A stretch of DNA of 64,000 nt from a virus (taxonomy: Duplodnaviria; Caudoviricetes), in IMG/VR virus record IMGVR_UViG_3300020478_000007, positions 54 through 64,053 of that record. One strand, given 5' to 3'. The notes under the pieces are model-generated. The model was given only the letters and a program-made list of their open reading frames with translations, searched no databases and was not told where the DNA came from. Each line of letters starts with the position of its first letter. Position 1 is the stretch's first letter. The position numbers and the translations under genes were made by a program. This document shows, piece by piece, positions 39,941 to 49,282 of the stretch.

Positions 39941-40801
39941 ATGGCAGACGAACTCTGGATAGTAAGCGATGAGGAATCTCACGCATGGGGCGTGGATGCG
40001 AAAGGGAAAGTTACTACCAACGACGATTACCCGATTGACGGCGAAAGAGTCGTTATCGGTGTCGCTGACAGTCCCCTAACACAGAAACAAGCCGACGGTA
40101 TTCGTGGTTTGATTTGTGATCTCCGAAAGGACGGGGTTTTAGATTTTAACCCTGCTGTAGGCGTTCAATACCCCCAAAGAACAACGGTTTTGAATGTTGA
40201 ACAAGCGATGCGTTACCTCCACGCTTGGCCAGATGATTGTGACGAAGAATGGCACACATCTGCTGACGCAGGGCTTTGTAGTGAAATACCTTGGGAGGAC
40301 GGCGAAGTGGTTGAACCACCCGACCAGTCCATTCACCAACAGCAAGTAACTGATGATCTCACAAGTAGTGCCGAAGTTAAGCGGGAAAGAGCCCGCAACG
40401 AAAAAGGGCACTTTATAGCCGATGACCCTGACACCCCTGAAAATGAAGCATGGGTGGAGGTGGACGGTGTACCTCAAGCAATTGAGGAGAAGCCCGCCGC
40501 AGGCGATTCACAAGAACAACAGGGGGGAGAAGCAACACATGGGGGGGATAGCACAGAAGACAGGCCAGTTATGCAGATTTTGTGTGCCCCTGGGGAGAAG
40601 AACCAGGCAGTAGAGACGTGGCAGGCGGTTTGTAATGAGATCGTGATGGCTAATGACTCTATTGACATGGAACCTATTGGTGTTGACGGATCTTTCGGTG
40701 AGCAAACAGAAGCGCTCACTAGGGTTGTTCAGGAGGCTCTTGGTGTCCCAGTTACTGGTGTTTGTGACCAGGCAACTTGGGACGCTGTAGCAAATGGTTA
40801 A
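39941..40801 (+). CDS. Acidic protein with C-terminal peptidoglycan-binding domain
   Basis: IGVDGSFGEQT...VQEALGVPVTGVCDQATW; internal RARNEKGHFIADDPDTPENEAW motif. Confidence 0.75.
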   Translation: MADELWIVSDEESHAWGVDAKGKVTTNDDYPIDGERVVIGVADSPLTQKQADGIRGLICDLRKDGVLDFNPAVGVQYPQRTTVLNVEQAMRYLHAWPDDCDEEWHTSADAGLCSEIPWEDGEVVEPPDQSIHQQQVTDDLTSSAEVKRERARNEKGHFIADDPDTPENEAWVEVDGVPQAIEEKPAAGDSQEQQGGEATHGGDSTEDRPVMQILCAPGEKNQAVETWQAVCNEIVMANDSIDMEPIGVDGSFGEQTEALTRVVQEALGVPVTGVCDQATWDAVANG

Positions 40802-41066
40802 TCCAGGGCCCGGTGACGAGCAGGTACTACAGGTAGGTAGCGAGGATTCGAATGTTCCAGGCGGTGTGGATTGGGTTACACGCTGGCAGGAATTAGCGAA
40901 CGACATGTTGAACTCTGAGGGGCATGTTTTGCGTTTGAAAATAGACGGGGTGTACGGCCCTTACACAGAACAAGCAACCTGTGAGGTACAACAGTTAATT
41001 GGAGTTCCCGTAACAGGGATAGTAAACGGACACCTTTGGGCGGAATGCTATGGCAGAACAATCTAA
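40794..41066 (+). CDS. Stand-alone peptidoglycan-binding domain protein
   Basis: LQVGS...WQ..L...LKIDGVYGPYT...VQQLIGVPVTGIV. Confidence 0.75.
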   Translation: MVNPGPGDEQVLQVGSEDSNVPGGVDWVTRWQELANDMLNSEGHVLRLKIDGVYGPYTEQATCEVQQLIGVPVTGIVNGHLWAECYGRTI

Positions 41067-41298
41067 TGAAAACCCTTGGACAGCGGCAGGTAGTCAAGTG
41101 GCTATAACGCTCGCTGTTTTAAACGAACGGTTAGAAGGAATCGAAGAGAAACTGGACGCCATAGTTTTAACCCAAGGGCGTAAAACTGATGATCTAGAAC
41201 AAAGAATAAGAATGGTTGAAAGATGGATGTATGCGGTTCCAGCGTCGATAGTGACTGCTGTGGTGGCAGTAGTGGTAACAATCACTAATAACACCTAA
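41050..41298 (+). CDS. Coiled-coil membrane protein (lysis-associated)
   Basis: Coiled coil plus C-terminal TM; upstream of holin. Confidence 0.7.
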   Translation: MAEQSNENPWTAAGSQVAITLAVLNERLEGIEEKLDAIVLTQGRKTDDLEQRIRMVERWMYAVPASIVTAVVAVVVTITNNT

Positions 41299-41445
41299 CA
41301 GTAGACGCTTCTACCAGGGACTTCACAAAGACCACAAACAGAACACCTATACGAAAAGAAGCAACATACAGGAGACAAAACACACAAAAGAGCCCACTCA
41401 CGTGCCTGCTGGCGCTGGAGTTTTTTTAACGTCAACCTTAGGAGG

Positions 41446-41661
41446 ATGACTATTATGATAACCAAGGATCTGGTTGAGCGAGTAGTAGCAACTTTCGTTC
41501 AAGCAGCAATCGGAGCCATGTCTTCGAACTCGATGTTCGATCTCGGCGTGGACCAATGGAAGATGATGGCCGGTGCTGGTGTTGCCGCAGCCGTCTCAGT
41601 AATAAAGGGTGCCCTTGCAACAAAGATCGGCACACCTGGTACAGCATCTCTGGCTGACTAA
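41446..41661 (+). CDS. Holin (actinophage r1t-like)
   Basis: KDLVERVVATFVQA...AAAVSVIKG...GTASL. Confidence 0.85.
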   Translation: MTIMITKDLVERVVATFVQAAIGAMSSNSMFDLGVDQWKMMAGAGVAAAVSVIKGALATKIGTPGTASLAD

Positions 41662-41940
41662 TCCCCTGTCTTGCCAGTAGCCGGGGGGCAGATTCACACT
41701 TGTGGTCTGTCTCCCGGTTGCATACCAGATTCACACTCACCCCAAATTCACACACTGTGTCACAGATTCGGTTGTCTCCCAGATTCACACACCGGAGGCA
41801 AATTCACACTGTGTCCCAGATTCACACACCGGGAGCACCGGAGCGTTGTCTCCCAGATTTTTGACCGGGTGTCTTTACCGGAGAGCGCTGACCGGAGACC
41901 GGAGTGCACCGGAGTTTGCCGGACAGTTTTGCCTTTTTGG
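41662..41940 (+). repeat. Intergenic module 1: 6x ATTCACAC + CCGG-rich tract
   Basis: ATTCACAC at 41692, 41729, 41746, 41783, 41802, 41820. Confidence 0.85.
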
Positions 41941-41978
41941 GGTGTGACAAAAGTCACAAAGATATCGTCAATTGGGTG

Positions 41979-42006
41979 TTGACTTTTGCTGTCAAAGTCC
42001 TAGAAT
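41979..42006 (+). promoter_or_regulatory. Promoter
   Basis: TTGACT-N16-TAGAAT; contains a TTGAC-N7-GTCAA inverted repeat. Confidence 0.65.
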
Positions 42007-42127
42007 TGTTCTTGTGATGAAGAAGACACCCCTATTAACGGAGGGGGAGTGCAAAGGGTTACCGTTATCGCCGAGCAATCGGATGCTTTCCCTGCACTCA
42101 CTAACACTAAAGAAAGAAGTAATCCCT

Positions 42128-42328
42128 ATGAGATTAGAACAGTCAATAAGAGAATCGGTTTTCCTCCTCGGAGAAGTTCACCGAACTCTTTCAACCCATC
42201 CTTACAAAGATCACGACATTGATCTTTTCGAGGACATGCTCTTGGAGGTCGAGATGCAAATCGATCGCCTCAAGTTGGAAGCCAAAACCCTTGCGGATGG
42301 CACTCACCCAATAATGGTGCAGCCATGA
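42128..42328 (+). CDS. Hypothetical protein
   Basis: Start MRLEQSI after promoter. Confidence 0.6.
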   Translation: MRLEQSIRESVFLLGEVHRTLSTHPYKDHDIDLFEDMLLEVEMQIDRLKLEAKTLADGTHPIMVQP

Positions 42329-42519
42329 CCGAGCCTAACGAGACAACAGTTGAGTACTGGAACGAGATGATCTGCAACGACTCTCTTAGTAGAGGCGACT
42401 CACCGGAGCAGTTCACCGCTGACTGCCAGTCATTGATAAGCATGCTTGAAGCACACATCGATTCGACTAGGAAATTTAAAAAAGCCCTACTTGACGATAT
42501 TTCAGGGAGGGAACTGTGA
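42325..42519 (+). CDS. Hypothetical protein
   Basis: ATGA coupling. Confidence 0.65.
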   Translation: MTEPNETTVEYWNEMICNDSLSRGDSPEQFTADCQSLISMLEAHIDSTRKFKKALLDDISGREL

Positions 42520-42746
42520 GCCGGACAGATGAACTAATTGACTTTGTTAAGTCTTGCGCTCTGTACCATCCTGACGAAACCCCTGAATGGTTTCTTGAGG
42601 AATTGAAACACGACGGCGACGACATGGACGATGCTTACGACTCGTTTAGAGTTAGATACGGTTCTGACGCTGACATGGACACCATTAGAGCAGTCTGCGA
42701 AGAAGCAAGGCGACTACTTAAAGACTTGGGGGAAAGTAAATGTTAA
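42516..42746 (+). CDS. Hypothetical acidic protein
   Basis: GTGA coupling, GGAGG RBS. Confidence 0.65.
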   Translation: MSRTDELIDFVKSCALYHPDETPEWFLEELKHDGDDMDDAYDSFRVRYGSDADMDTIRAVCEEARRLLKDLGESKC

Positions 42747-42925
42747 AAGACCATTGGGAAGAGTACGAAGACACGGAAAGCCGTGGGGACATTTTTGTAG
42801 AAGGTGAATTACCTGACGGAACAAAAGTCGAGTTTCACTTCTATCACGAGATGGGATCTGAAAAGTACGATGTTGACGTTTATGACCCCACCAGCAACCG
42901 AATTATTGGACGACTCGCAGAGTAA
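42740..42925 (+). CDS. Hypothetical protein
   Basis: Coupled ORF. Confidence 0.6.
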   Translation: MLKDHWEEYEDTESRGDIFVEGELPDGTKVEFHFYHEMGSEKYDVDVYDPTSNRIIGRLAE

Positions 42926-43302
42926 TGAAGTCTTACGTTATTAAAGACGCCATGACGATCATCGATCCTTGCGTTCATTGCGGAGAGTCAACTGCATTCG
43001 GTTATGGCAAGTTTGTTAACAGGCTTGGTTGGGATGACGGTTGGTCATGCGCTGAGTGTGCCAGTTTCGACTGCGACATCTGTGACGAGAAGATAACTCT
43101 TGACGAGGAACGAAGGTGGAACGAGAGCCTATTTGCTTGCCATGAGGAATGTCTCACCGAAGATCAGAACACGATCTATGAGTTGTGGTTTGAACACGAC
43201 GGCGCACCGGATTATCCCGAACGTTGGTTTACCGAAGTTATGAAGGCAGTTAACGATAAAGAGATGAGAGATGGATACTTTCTACTCGGAGAGGGGTTCT
43301 AA
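42925..43302 (+). CDS. Zn-binding hypothetical protein
   Basis: Three CxxC plus CHxxC. Confidence 0.65.
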   Translation: MKSYVIKDAMTIIDPCVHCGESTAFGYGKFVNRLGWDDGWSCAECASFDCDICDEKITLDEERRWNESLFACHEECLTEDQNTIYELWFEHDGAPDYPERWFTEVMKAVNDKEMRDGYFLLGEGF

Positions 43303-43481
43303 TGCCTGAGTTGAAAATAGGTGACCGTGTGAAGGTCATCGATCAAGATATATGGGGCGTGATTGTCAGAATGGATGGGGTTAAAGCCGTTGTCCTTGAC
43401 GATGATCGTGCCGACTGGATAGAAGAAGACGAAGAAGGGACATTGATCTTCCCTCCGTCTGAACTAGCAAAGGAGGGCTAA
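43302..43481 (+). CDS. 59-aa SH3/KOW-like hypothetical protein (not in ORF track)
   Basis: MPELKIGDRVKVIDQDIWGVIV...; TAATG coupling at both ends. Confidence 0.65.
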   Translation: MPELKIGDRVKVIDQDIWGVIVRMDGVKAVVLDDDRADWIEEDEEGTLIFPPSELAKEG

Positions 43482-43711
43482 TGCCGGACATAGAGACACG
43501 TTGGACAGAAACGGCTTGGACAGTTCTGAAAGGTAGGACTATCGAAGACGTTCGCTACATGACACAAGCGGAAGCAGATGCTGAAGGGTGGAGTAAACGC
43601 CCACTCGTCATGTTCCTCGATAGTGGGGACTGGATTGTCCCAATGCAAGATGACGAAGGTAACAACGGAGGTTCGTTGGCTCACCTTAGTGGAGTCCTGC
43701 CAGTCATATAG
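43481..43711 (+). CDS. Conserved small phage protein
   Basis: IEDVRYMTQAEA...PMQDDEGNNGGSL. Confidence 0.7.
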   Translation: MPDIETRWTETAWTVLKGRTIEDVRYMTQAEADAEGWSKRPLVMFLDSGDWIVPMQDDEGNNGGSLAHLSGVLPVI

Positions 43712-43729
43712 ATCGTCATGGGGATGACA

Positions 43730-43872
43730 CGCCGGAGGGGTTAACGCTCCTCCGGCGAAATTCACACACCCAAATTCACACGCCGTTGTGTTCCCAGATT
43801 TGTGTTCCCAGATTTACCGGGAGCACTTTTCTTTTTTTCGCCAGGGACCGGGAGCCGGAGGTGCCGGAGCCC
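43730..43872 (+). repeat. Intergenic module 2: hairpin + 2x ATTCACAC + CCGG tract
   Basis: CGCCGGAGGGG/CTCCTCCGGCG stem; ATTCACAC at 43760 and 43774. Confidence 0.8.
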
Positions 43873-43931
43873 TTTCGGAATAGTTCAAATAGGTCGTTGT
43901 GTTTAGGGTCAAGTGACGGTAGACTCTAGTC

Positions 43932-44732
43932 ATGATTGAAATTAAACGTAAGCCATCCCTATCCCAATACCTAAAGAGCCAGACACCGGACCTTGTCGAT
44001 TACGACACCGCCCGCCAAGCATGGTATGACCACCGACCGGACGTCGGCAAACAGCCCTATCTCTCTTTACCCAATAAGAAGATCAAGAAGAATGAGATCT
44101 ATACAGTTTCGTTTACCGGAGCGCCTCATCGGCTCGGCGAATTCAACGCATGTACAGCATCGACGCCGGAGTGTAGACGTGTTTGCATAAGACACACCGG
44201 ACGCCTACAGATGCCCACTCAAATGAAAGTAGGGCTTGACCGGATGGAGTTCATGCGACTCTTCCCATCTGAGGCTCTATCTCTCATTCATTGGGAAACC
44301 ATCAAGATGTCTAAGAAGTTCGACCGGATCGCTCGTCGGCTCAATGTTGTGACTGATCTCCATTTCGAAAATTTCGCACCTTGGTTATTTGAGGAAGCGC
44401 CGGAGAACTGCATCACCTACGACTACACGAAGCACTGGAACCGGGCGGAGTTTCCTGCTGATCGGTACCGTCTCACCTACTCGGCAACCGAGAACCACAA
44501 CTATGACCGAATCAAAGAACAGGTAGCCGGGGGCGTTAACGTCGCTGTCATCTTCCCGAATGAACACAAGGACACCGGGTACTCTCCACGCTGGCATGGT
44601 ATGCCTGTAATCGATGGGGACATAACTGATCTCCGCTATAACGACCCTGCCGGACATGTTGTGGCTCTGTATGCAAAAGGTCAGGCGAGGAAGATCACAC
44701 CGGGGGAAAACGCTTTCGTAAAGGTTTTCTAG
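43932..44732 (+). CDS. Mycobacteriophage gp88-like protein
   Basis: C..S...C...C, RLNVVTDL, YDYTK, LTYS, NVAVIF, VIDGDITDLR, LYAKG. Confidence 0.75.
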   Translation: MIEIKRKPSLSQYLKSQTPDLVDYDTARQAWYDHRPDVGKQPYLSLPNKKIKKNEIYTVSFTGAPHRLGEFNACTASTPECRRVCIRHTGRLQMPTQMKVGLDRMEFMRLFPSEALSLIHWETIKMSKKFDRIARRLNVVTDLHFENFAPWLFEEAPENCITYDYTKHWNRAEFPADRYRLTYSATENHNYDRIKEQVAGGVNVAVIFPNEHKDTGYSPRWHGMPVIDGDITDLRYNDPAGHVVALYAKGQARKITPGENAFVKVF

Positions 44733-44836
44733 TGCGGGCCGGGGGCCCAAACAAATCTGGGTTAAATCCGTTGAAAGACATCAAAACCTGGTACACTAGC
44801 AGTAGACGGAAATACCGTCGGAAAGGGGATCCAGAA

Positions 44837-45241
44837 GTGGATTCAATAACCAACCTCCTTAAGGCACTGGCGGAAGCCATCAAGCCTTACCTAGGACTGC
44901 CGGAGGAAGATGAGCAGTTCAACCCCAATGACATCCGTGCTGAAGTAGAGACAGCGTTAGAAGAAATTGATCTTCATGATGCAGTCCACGATGCGCTTGA
45001 CCGACTTGACTACCCAAACGAAGACCGGGTGAATCGCATGATCCAAGATTATGTCGACTTCGAAACCGACTTCATAACCAACGATGACTTCGACCCATCA
45101 TCTCACTACTTGGTGACCCATGATGAACTTGACGAAGCCGTCACTGACACCATTGATCGCCTACTAACAACCGAGTTCCTCATTGAGAAACTTGCTGGCG
45201 ACGGGTACACAGTCACCCGCAAATCTGCGGAGGCAGCATAG
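44837..45241 (+). CDS. Hypothetical acidic protein
   Basis: GTG start after GAAAGGGG. Confidence 0.65.
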   Translation: MDSITNLLKALAEAIKPYLGLPEEDEQFNPNDIRAEVETALEEIDLHDAVHDALDRLDYPNEDRVNRMIQDYVDFETDFITNDDFDPSSHYLVTHDELDEAVTDTIDRLLTTEFLIEKLAGDGYTVTRKSAEAA

Positions 45242-45554
45242 CCTCCCGGAGGGGTTGGGTTATCCAATCTCAGATCACGGTCCCTCACTGGTTCACAACA
45301 AAATCAGTTGAGGGATTCGTGGTCCGAGATTCGGATCTTCCCTTTTGCCCCCACCCATACTTTCGGATCGCCCCCAGGATTTACTTAACGCCGGAGCGTC
45401 AGTTTGCCAGCGTTTGGATTTATGAAAAGGCAGTATTGACCTTTCTGACTAAATCACAAATCAATGGGATCATTCTGGGAGTGGAAGCATTACCAACACA
45501 TAGAACTACTAACGATGGCCGGACACTGTATGTCGCGGCTTAGAAAGAAATGAT

Positions 45555-45917
45555 ATGAAATACAGCAAGATGCAGGCGCTCTATGATGACCGTCAGCAAT
45601 TAGCAGCAGCATTCCGAGACTTACGCCGGAAGGGCTGGTGGGCACGCATGAACTATATGTGCTGCCAGAGTTGCGCTACAGCAATGACCGATGACGATAA
45701 GCCGTATATCGGTTTCCATAATCAGGACAACGACAATATCGAGTGGTATGGGTACACGTACCTGTTTCACGGCCCTCCAGAAGGGAAGCGTGAAGAAGGA
45801 CAGGCGTTGTCAAAAGAGGCGGTGGCTGTTATTGAGTCACATGGCCTCAATGTCGAATGGGATGGCGACATGGGTTCCCGTATCAAAGTGTTGATGGGGC
45901 CACAAGACTCTGATTAG
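45555..45917 (+). CDS. DUF6891-like protein
   Basis: LAAAFRDL...ARMNYMCCQSCA...GLNVEWDG...RIKV. Confidence 0.65.
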   Translation: MKYSKMQALYDDRQQLAAAFRDLRRKGWWARMNYMCCQSCATAMTDDDKPYIGFHNQDNDNIEWYGYTYLFHGPPEGKREEGQALSKEAVAVIESHGLNVEWDGDMGSRIKVLMGPQDSD

Positions 45918-45943
45918 CATCTAGTCAACCCTCCCTAGGTTAT

Positions 45944-46160
45944 GAAGCCCCGTCAGGAAACTGGCGGGGTTTCTCTATTCAGATTCACACTCCCAGATTC
46001 ACACTCCGCTGTGGATTCACACCTGTGCCGGAGAAGGCGGTTGTGCCGGAGGGCCGGGGGCTCTGGGATGGGGACACCGGGGGACCGGGGGCTAACCGGA
46101 GGCTGGGAGAAACCGGGGGTCGCCGGAGAAATCGGGTGCCGGGAGGCGTTGAAATATTTC
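45944..46160 (+). repeat. Intergenic module 3: terminator-like hairpin + 3x ATTCACAC + CCGG tract
   Basis: GAAGCCCCGTCAG-GAAA-CTGGCGGGGTTTC; ATTCACAC at 45983, 45997, 46015. Confidence 0.85.
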
Positions 46161-46249
46161 TGAAGAAATCGGTGCTAAATGCGTATGAAGTCAACTATTA
46201 GGTGATATCGTGAAGGGTATACATAAACGAGTGGAAGTGAGGTTCCATA

Positions 46250-47155
46250 ATGAGTAAGCCGGACGCAATCATCACCAAGATGACTGAAGCCATAGTTAAA
46301 GCCATGAAGGACGAGCCGGAGGCTTGGACAAAGCCTTGGGCTGGAAATTCAGAATTACCAAACAACCCTGCTACCGGGACAATCTATTCAGGTGGCAATG
46401 CATTCATGCTGATGTTGTTCTCGCCGGACGCATCTGATCCACGCTGGTCAACATATAAAGGGTGGGAGAAGTTAGGCGCACAAGTTAGGAAAGGTGAGAA
46501 GGGTACCGGGATACTCTTCTTCAATCCTTCTTGGAAGAATGACAAAACTGGCAAATGGTCAAAGACCATGCCGGAGGGTCCTATTAACGTGATCAAAGAA
46601 GAGGGATGGAGCCAAGTAGGTGTGCTCCGGGGGTACGCAGTATTCCACGCTTCCCAATGTGATGGTGTTGAGCCATTCGAACAGCCGGAGGTGTCTGACT
46701 TCAATGTTGACGATCATCGTGAATGGTTCCAAAGCGCCGGAGCGGATTGGGAAGAGAAGCCATCGGACATGGCTTACTACTCCCCTAGCGTGGACAAGAT
46801 AGTGACGCCGGAGGCTTCTCAATTCCACACTCTTGAAGGATGGTTTGGGACTGTCGCTCATGAGTTCACACACTGGACCGGACACAGTTCACGTCTAGAT
46901 CGTGCCCAGTACAACATGTTCGACCGGAGCGGTTATGCGTTCGAAGAATTGGTTGCGGAACTAGGCGCTACTTTCCTATGCAAGATGCGAGGAGTAGAGA
47001 TAGAGACCAGACCGGACCACGTTCGCTATATCAAATCTTGGTTGAAGGCTCTTGACAATGATCCCAAGTTTATATGGGACGCCGCCGGGAAAGCCTCTAA
47101 AGCCATGAACTACATACTAGATAACACAACTGACCGGAAGGAGGTCAAGGTATGA
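46250..47155 (+). CDS. ardC: ArdC-like antirestriction protein (ssDNA-binding N domain + MPTase)
   Basis: WTKPW, YSGGN, W.TYKGW, QVRKGEKG, AYYSPSVD, HEFTHWTGH, YAFEELVAELG. Confidence 0.92.
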   Translation: MSKPDAIITKMTEAIVKAMKDEPEAWTKPWAGNSELPNNPATGTIYSGGNAFMLMLFSPDASDPRWSTYKGWEKLGAQVRKGEKGTGILFFNPSWKNDKTGKWSKTMPEGPINVIKEEGWSQVGVLRGYAVFHASQCDGVEPFEQPEVSDFNVDDHREWFQSAGADWEEKPSDMAYYSPSVDKIVTPEASQFHTLEGWFGTVAHEFTHWTGHSSRLDRAQYNMFDRSGYAFEELVAELGATFLCKMRGVEIETRPDHVRYIKSWLKALDNDPKFIWDAAGKASKAMNYILDNTTDRKEVKV

Positions 47156-47367
47156 GGGAGATAGTGAAGAACGACGCCGGAGAAGTCATCGGTGTTGAAT
47201 ATACATATGAGCGCTCCCCCGGAGACATTGCGGATGACTGGTACTCATCTTGGGAAGACGAAGAAGTAATGGATCTACCGGAGGACTGAGAAATAGTGCC
47301 CCTATGCGTGTGATTGTTGTATAGGGGCGCTATACTCATATATAAGCAAATGGAAGTGAGGTTCCAA

Positions 47368-47583
47368 ATGAAAGATACAAACCGGAGGGCTCTAACCCTC
47401 GAAGAAGCCATAGCCAAATTGGATGACTCTATTAGAGAACTCAATGAGGCAACTAGGGAGTACCGGAGCGCTAATCCGTTCTTGGATTGGTCTGCTTGGG
47501 ATGCTTTGGAAGAACAACGAGCATTAAACCAACTGCCGGACCCCATGGACGAAGCCAAATACAACAATGAGGAGGTTCTATAA
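47368..47583 (+). CDS. Hypothetical protein
   Basis: Leader TGGAAGTGAGGTTCC identical to that of ardC; start MKDTN. Confidence 0.6.
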   Translation: MKDTNRRALTLEEAIAKLDDSIRELNEATREYRSANPFLDWSAWDALEEQRALNQLPDPMDEAKYNNEEVL

Positions 47584-47750
47584 TGAGTATGGATCCCTAC
47601 TACGTGCCGGACCAAGGCTTAGAGCCACCGGACTTTGAACCCTGCCCTGAATGCGGTGGGGAGTGCCCGGACGCCATCAGGTGGGACGACCTTGATTATG
47701 TCTGTGCCGAGTTGAAACAGAAACTCGGCTGGGACATCCTCACGGTATGA
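47583..47750 (+). CDS. Small Cys-containing hypothetical protein (not in ORF track)
   Basis: TAATG coupling, GGAGG RBS, CPECGGEC. Confidence 0.5.
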   Translation: MSMDPYYVPDQGLEPPDFEPCPECGGECPDAIRWDDLDYVCAELKQKLGWDILTV

Positions 47751-47799
47751 CAACCTAGCGATGGGTAACATAGGTTTGCCGGAGCCTCACATCCGGTAA

Positions 47800-47987
47800 G
47801 AGACTCTGGGAGGGTGGGTACTTTCCCTCCTTTCGACTCAACCCTCTCAGGGTCTCGCTAAATTCACACTCCTAGATTCACACGCTATTGTGCCGGAGCC
47901 ATTGTACCGGAGCACCGGGGGCTGCCCGGAGACACCTGGTACCGGGGAAAGCCCGGAGGGGTTTTGGGGCCCGAAGGCCCCGCTGCC
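47800..47987 (+). repeat. Intergenic module 4: hairpin + 2x ATTCACAC + CCGG tract
   Basis: ATTCACAC at 47862 and 47876. Confidence 0.8.
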
Positions 47988-48230
47988 CTAGAAAGCGTGG
48001 TTAATCGCAAACTCTAACTCGACATCACAGGCTTCGAAAAACTCGTGAAAGTCGAAGTTGTCATTCGCTTCCCAGCAGATCTTCGCTAGATGCCCCGCTA
48101 GTTGATTCTTCACAAATGAAATATCAACTACTGCCAACTCGTTCTTATGTAGAACTTTTGCGCTCACAGTCTCGGGGAATTCTGCAACAACCTCCGCTAG
48201 TTGGTTGAAGTGTTTTTTTGAAAGTGCCAT
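47988..48230 (-). CDS. Conserved small phage protein
   Basis: LSKKHFNQLA...NDNFDFHEFFEAC; AAAGGAG RBS. Confidence 0.7.
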   Translation of the reverse strand: MALSKKHFNQLAEVVAEFPETVSAKVLHKNELAVVDISFVKNQLAGHLAKICWEANDNFDFHEFFEACDVELEFAINHAF

Positions 48231-48299
48231 TTTAATCTCCTTTGCGGCATCTGGTAATAGTTAACTATACCACTAGTAGTGGACGTTTCCTCACTTTTA

Positions 48300-48470
48300 T
48301 TCAAAAAAATCCACACCCAGATTCACACGCCAAAATTCACACAGCGCTGTCCCGGAGGCATTGTCCCGGAGGGCGCCTGGGACCGGGGGACCGGAGGCCA
48401 AATTCACACCTATAAGGTCGATACGGTTTGTACCGGAGGACCGGAGGAGACCGGAGGCTGTATCTGGGCG
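48300..48470 (+). repeat. Intergenic module 5: 3x ATTCACAC + CCGG tract
   Basis: ATTCACAC at 48321, 48335, 48402. Confidence 0.8.
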
Positions 48471-48481
48471 AAAAAAATGGA

Positions 48482-48512
48482 TCGAACGTTTGTTCGACGA
48501 ACGTTTGTTCGA
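48482..48512. promoter_or_regulatory. Tandem LexA (SOS/Cheo) boxes
   Basis: TCGAACGTTTGTTCGA followed by CGAACGTTTGTTCGA. Confidence 0.8.
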
Positions 48513-48585
48513 CCCTTGGAGGGTGGCGGATTCTGTTGCCAAGTTCCGCCGAACTCCGAGTCTTACTCGCTATGCCATGGGCTGG

Positions 48586-48975
48586 CTAGTCCTTGAGTGG
48601 CTCGACATCTACCGAGTTTCGATTCTCGATATCTGCCAAGTAGGCGCCTAGGTCCTCAGCGCATCGTACCGTCACTTGACGTTCGACAACTTGAGTACCT
48701 TCAGCCTCACCGGTGCGACCCTTCGGGCGATGCCATGAAACTCGATACAAATCGTTTCCGAGTTTGGCAACGTGGATCAAAGTTTTGCCACCAGCCCAAG
48801 CGACATGCCATCCACTAGTACGAGTTTCGACTAGTGGGGACAACCCTTCGACTGCCGTACCTTTGACTGCATCGCCAAAGTACTTCAAGAATGAAGCACG
48901 CTGACCGACTGCACTCATTGGTTTGCCAGTCTTTTTGTTGGCTTTGTTGTGAGTGATCTCTGCCATTTTTTTCAC
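48586..48975 (-). CDS. Hypothetical protein (paralog of 52318..52764)
   Basis: SFLKYFGDAVKG, LGNDLYRVSW, RQVTVRC. Confidence 0.75.
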   Translation of the reverse strand: MKKMAEITHNKANKKTGKPMSAVGQRASFLKYFGDAVKGTAVEGLSPLVETRTSGWHVAWAGGKTLIHVAKLGNDLYRVSWHRPKGRTGEAEGTQVVERQVTVRCAEDLGAYLADIENRNSVDVEPLKD

Positions 48976-49078
48976 CTCCTTTTTTGCCTCGTTTTGTATA
49001 CCCTTAGTTTACAGTATGGGAGTGACAAAATGACAACTTTAGGTGGACAATTTGACAAATTTCTTAGATTTTTTTTAG

Positions 49079-49094
49079 TCGAACGTTTGTTCGA
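49079..49094. promoter_or_regulatory. LexA box
   Basis: TCGAACGTTTGTTCGA. Confidence 0.8.
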
Positions 49095-49282
49095 TTGCAT
49101 GAAAATTTTTTCTACTTTGACTTGCAATTAAAGTCAATACCTAGTAGACTGTTTACAAACCAGGCTCATCGCCCCGGGGGCCGGAGGCCCCAAAAAAGCG
49201 AGACCGCCGAGCGAAGCCAACACGCCCGACGGTCTCTATAGCCTTGTGCCTAGGAAAGGAGATAACTAGGTGGCTATTAAAT

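Noticed and set aside
41662-41940. CRISPR array
   Set aside because: Repeats are 8-10 nt with short irregular spacers; no cas genes, and the Cas4-like nuclease is a standard phage exonuclease.
41671-41982. ORFs with QIHT/FTH repeats here and at 45942, 48279, 48361 and 51528
   Set aside because: Stop-poor translations of the DNA motifs in several frames, without RBS.
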